Source: Folioceros fuciformis (taxonomy: Eukaryota). From it: DNA of 38,070 nucleotides. A model generated the notes under the pieces. The model saw only the letters and a program-made list of their open reading frames with translations. It was not told the origin of the DNA and searched no databases. Positions 33,988 through 38,070 of this stretch are shown here, in pieces. Position 1 is the stretch's first letter, and every line of letters begins with the position of its first letter. The position numbers and the translations under genes are program-made. The stretch spans positions 1-38,070 of the forward strand of contig JBNGIO010005930.1 of assembly GCA_049999805.1 (NCBI GenBank). The letters run 5' to 3'.

Positions 33988-34798
33988 AGCTGCTATCCAA
34001 GGTCACCTGTGGGGAGCGCAGTGACACAGATAATGCCCGTCTCCATTTATACCCCGAGCTGCAGATGCGGATGAGCTTGCGAGGAAGCCACAGAGTTGCG
34101 TGTCTGCGTGGGACGACGAGCCATGGAGTCGCCTCGTGCTCTGACCGCCTAACTCTTGATTGGCTGCCATGGATACTTGGGTGAAGGCGAGGACGAGTTC
34201 AGTCGTCCAAATTACAGGATGGTATGCCACGTCCTCGACTTGAGGCGGTGTAACGTCGCGAGTAAACATTTCGTAGTATGTATGTGAATCTGCTGCTCCC
34301 GATGCACGGAATACGTACTGAATGAAGCTTCCGAAGGTCTTGCATGTGAACGACGCTCTCATGCTCGTGGAAGCTTTGTACTGTATAGCATGCTCTGCAA
34401 GGCGGCGAGGAGGATACTGTTCCATGCTGCGGCAACGAGCACGACCTCAGTCGGGCAGGTAGACGTGCAGCCCTGAAAAATTGGTGCAGGATCGTAAGAA
34501 ATATTGAGTCGTTGCCATGTCTGAAAAAATAAGAAAAAGCCCTCTGTTTGCAGCTGGATCTGAGGTTGTCGCGCTGTGCGCACATCACCGATGGGACGGA
34601 GTCTTTGTGGATCCGCAGCTGGTGGGAGCCTGCAGGGAATGGACGGGATCGTGTGTGAGTACAGAACCCTCGTCGTTCACCTGCTATGCTGATTCTGCAA
34701 ATAATCTAACCTAATCTTCTCCGTGATCAAGTGTGGCCAAGGATGTAACGGGAGCGGGGGAAGTTGTTTCCCAGGGAAGTGCGGGGGCCAGGCTGAAC

Positions 34799-35950
34799 AT
34801 GCTGGTGGAGCAGGGCATGCTGAAGGAAGCCCTCCACGATGTGGACCTGCTCGCTCACCACGAGGTTCGGCTGTCCAGCCATTTGCTATGTCGCCTGCTG
34901 CAGCTGGCTCTTAACAGGAAGGACTTGGCAGCCGGGAGGAAGGTGCAACTTCTCATCACCAACTACGGGCTTGACTCCAATGCTGTGCTGGTGAACCTGC
35001 TTATACAACTATTCTCGGCCTGCGGGGACCTGGAGCAGGCCACTGCTGCTTTCTATAAGCTCCAGTCGCCCACGGTGGAGGCGTGGAGGGCAATTATTAT
35101 GGTACATGTGAGGCAATGTCAATGGCAAAAAGCGATTAGGTTGTATGCAGAGATGCGTGAAGCAGGTGTGCAGCCGGAGGAACATGTGTATGTGGCAATC
35201 CTAAAGTCATGTTCCATGGCGGTGGCTGTGCGTCAAGGTCGGGAAGTGCACGCCCATATTATGGCCTCTGGGCATGAGCAGAATTTGTTTGTAGCCACCG
35301 CCCTGATTGCCATGTACGTTAAGTTTAGGAGCATTGATGATGCCTCCAATGTGTATAGCCAGCTGCGGAAGCGCGACTTGGTTTCCTGCAACTTTTTGAT
35401 GGCAGGCTATGCTGACAATGGTTGTGGGCTGGAAGCCCTCAAGGTTTTTGGTGAAATGCTCCGCATGGGTGTGAAGCCAGATAATGCTACGTTTGTAAGT
35501 GCGTTCAAAGCATGTGGCCTGGTTGGGGCTCTAGATCAGGCCAAGCTCATCCACGCCAGCTCCATCCAGCTTGGGCTGAGCCTCAATGCAGCTGCTGTAA
35601 GCAGCCTAACTGAGATGTACATCAAATGTGGAAGCCTGGAGGATGCTCGTCTGGCCTTTGATGAAGCACACAGAAGGGATTTGAAATGCTGGAATGTATT
35701 ATTGGCAGGGTACGTGCAGGGTGGGCATCCCCAAGAGGCCTTGGTGCTATTTCACAAGCTGTGTGAGGATGGCCTTAGGTTGAACAGAACTACATTTTTC
35801 ACCGCCCTCAGAGCTTGTAGCAGCTTACGCGACCTAGATCAGGGCAAGCTGACACACGCTTGGGTCGTTAAAGCAGGACTGGATGCGGACCCGATGCTGA
35901 TGTCTGCACTTGAGGAAATGTATCATAGTTGTGGCTTTGCAGGGAAGTGA
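34799..35950 (+). CDS. PLS-class pentatricopeptide repeat protein, no E/DYW domain visible
   Basis: Repeating P-L-S motifs (WRAIIMVHVR..A..LY.EM..GVQP; YVAILKSC; FVATALIAMYVK; NFLMAGYADNG; FVSAFKACG; SSLTEMYIKCGSLEDA). The track start at 34733 is GTG and the first ATG is at 34799. A possible upstream exon 34517-34654 would splice in frame to 34775. Confidence 0.9.
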   Translation: MLVEQGMLKEALHDVDLLAHHEVRLSSHLLCRLLQLALNRKDLAAGRKVQLLITNYGLDSNAVLVNLLIQLFSACGDLEQATAAFYKLQSPTVEAWRAIIMVHVRQCQWQKAIRLYAEMREAGVQPEEHVYVAILKSCSMAVAVRQGREVHAHIMASGHEQNLFVATALIAMYVKFRSIDDASNVYSQLRKRDLVSCNFLMAGYADNGCGLEALKVFGEMLRMGVKPDNATFVSAFKACGLVGALDQAKLIHASSIQLGLSLNAAAVSSLTEMYIKCGSLEDARLAFDEAHRRDLKCWNVLLAGYVQGGHPQEALVLFHKLCEDGLRLNRTTFFTALRACSSLRDLDQGKLTHAWVVKAGLDADPMLMSALEEMYHSCGFAGK

Positions 35951-37171
35951 CTGGCAACTCCGGACACAGGTTCCCCTTTTCATTCGTGCGCCATGTGCTG
36001 ATCCATGTTTGTAGTCCAATTGAGGTGGCTGGCCCCTGAGGGCAAGACATGCAGTAAGTCGGGTTTGACTAATCTGATTTCAGGTCTTTGAACTTGCAAG
36101 GCATCTGATCACTTGTTCAATCTAGCTGGGATCCTGCTGTTGTTGCAACTTCCTTCTGAAGGGAAGGTGGATTGTGACACGCAAACACTGGCGGTCCGGA
36201 TGAGCACGTTCTGGTGCGGTTTGATGGAGCGCCTGAGGACATCATGGAACGGGTTGGAAAGAAGTAAGGAACCCAGGGTAACAAGTTGATTGGGCACCTC
36301 TGAATATCAATTAGGAATGGTGGAAACACACTGAATACTGTGGATGCTTCAGGATCATTGGTATCCAGGATTTCCTTTCCGAACCTTGTTCTGGTCGGAC
36401 GTCGCAAGGCAAATCAATAGAGAGCAGGTACCCTCTTGCCCGATGCTGTAATCGCCATTCGATCTTAGTTGAAAAAAAGCCACATATGTACCCATTCCAA
36501 CAGCTGAATGCCCTCTCAACCAGACTTCAACCGGATGTTTTTAGCCTTGGTGCTTGTTGCGCGCAAGTAGAAGATGTGAAAGGAATTGCAGACTACAGTA
36601 CCAATTTCGTCCAAGTCCTACACTTCCCAACTTTTTTCCCAGGGGCTCGCAAGCTGACAGGGACATGTACAGTACTGTACATGGCAGATTTGCCTAGGTA
36701 ATATCCAACATTCGGCTGGTGTCAGACCTGCCTGGCTCAACTTACATACAGTACTTGCCTTGGAGGAGAGCCAGTTGCAACCAGTGCGTGGGACGCTTCA
36801 CGTGTCGGCTAGAGGACATGGCTTTGGTCGCCCAAGTTTGGAGAGAACTAATGAGAATCCAACGCATGTCGCAGTGGACATGTAGTCTGGCTCAGCAGCA
36901 CTGGATGCTTCAAGATAAGGAAGCCCATGCGATCCGTTTTGGCGTCAGTGAAGTTACGGTGGCCCAGGCACAGCATAGTCAGGGGCGTTTGGGAATGGAA
37001 ATGTATGGACAGAAAGCCACGCGACCCACAAATGAAATCAAGTTTCTGTGGGTGTAGGGGAATTGGCGGTAGAAGAAATGTACGTGAAAATTTAATTTTA
37101 AATTTTCATGGATTGTGTGTTTGCAAAATTTATTTATTTATATTACATTTAGCATTCATAGATATACGTGT

Positions 37172-37176
37172 GCGGG

Positions 37177-37219
<43 letters not shown>

Positions 37220-37244
37220 GCGTGTTCGATCCACGCTCACCGCA
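37172..37244 (+). tRNA. trnF-GAA: tRNA-Phe (GAA), plant cytosolic type
   Basis: GCGGGGATAGCTCAGTTGGGAGAGCGTCAGACTGAAGATCTGAAGGTCGCGTGTTCGATCCACGCTCACCGCA forms a cloverleaf with anticodon GAA and A/B boxes. The upstream region is AT-rich and TTTT follows at 37254-37257. Confidence 0.98.
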
Positions 37245-37643
37245 CAGCATGCATTTTGAGTTGTGGAACTAGGAAGTCTGTCCTTTTGTTATCTGTCTTT
37301 CTTCCTTCATAGGGACGTGGAACAAGGAACCAATGTTGACCACCTAGGGAGCGGGTGGCCTCCTCACGTTGGTGGTCAACAATGCCACCTGCTCTTTTGG
37401 CTCTTTAAGCCTACATGCGTTGATGAGGAACCTACGGGGCTCAAGGAGTAGAGAATCTTCCTCATCTTCCTCTGCAGAGTGATCCGGTCTCCTGCAGTGG
37501 TATTCAAAGGAGTGAAGCACCCTTTTGCTGAAGACATTAATACCTCACCCTTGCAAGATACCAAGAGGTAACAATAAGAAGATTAGGTGGAGGGCAGCAA
37601 CAAGAGAACAGGAGCTAATTGCACAATGGCTAGAGAAGGAAAT

Positions 37644-37664
37644 AAGCTAAGCTAAGCTAAGCTA
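37644..37664. repeat. (AAGCT)n microsatellite
   Basis: AAGCTAAGCTAAGCTAAGCTA. A ~24-bp direct duplication TGCTTTAAATCCTGCCATTGGCGC also lies at about 37748-37796. Confidence 0.8.
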
Positions 37665-38070
37665 GGAAGGCTGAATAATTGTTGAAGAGAGAGAATAGCT
37701 GGTTGCCTTCTGATTAGACAGGATATTTACTGGATTGCTTTTTGGTTTGCTTTAAATCCTGCCATTGGCGCTTGCTTTAAATCCTGCCATTGGCGCCTAG
37801 GTACCTAGCCTAGATAGAATACATGGAAGGCTAAGGAGTATAACATGGGCTAAGATTGCTCATCCTGGTGTGGATTGGATTTCTGGTGTTTGAGGGTGCC
37901 TAGGGTGGCATTTCTAGACTTGGCTGCGAAGCCCCTTTCGATGCTGATTTTTGAAGGAATTAGTCCTTCATCATGAGGCAATTGTCACTCTTGTCCCTCA
38001 CTCCAACTATCTCACTAGTGAGGCTATTAGTTTCTGCGACCATAAGCAGCAAATTAGGGAAGCCTACAAT

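Noticed and set aside
28618-37244. Functional link between TSR3 (acp transferase) and tRNA-Phe (wybutosine has an acp group)
   Set aside because: Tsr3 modifies 18S rRNA, while tRNA-Phe acp transfer is done by TYW2. The proximity looks coincidental.

Overview
Plant nuclear genomic DNA with GT-AG introns, three N gaps and a plant-type tRNA-Phe. A non-seed land plant such as a hornwort or other bryophyte is a plausible source, but that is inference from the PLS-PPR style, intron-containing PPO, CCDC53 gene and compact gene spacing. The left half (1-21.5 kb) is TE- and repeat-rich. It holds a probable minus-strand snoRNA cluster (about 2.0-3.4 kb: one C/D and three H/ACA candidates near telo-box motifs), two 3' fragments of a CRE-like RLE non-LTR retrotransposon, a complete but decayed Ty1/copia element (5580-12165, with LTRs, PBS, PPT and TSD), a decayed DNA-level duplicate of WASHC3, an intronless GDSL esterase/lipase with tandem repeats upstream, and a decayed coiled-coil ORF. 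The right half is gene-dense: a 6-exon WASH complex subunit 3 (CCDC53) gene that appears only as fragments in the ORF track, a FatB-like acyl-ACP thioesterase, TSR3, a polyphenol oxidase, a divergent PLS-class PPR gene and tRNA-Phe(GAA). I cannot demonstrate a new biological system. The most notable hidden signals are the snoRNA cluster, the WASHC3 gene with its pseudogene copy, and a pervasive CAG>TAG decay signature in repeated DNA.
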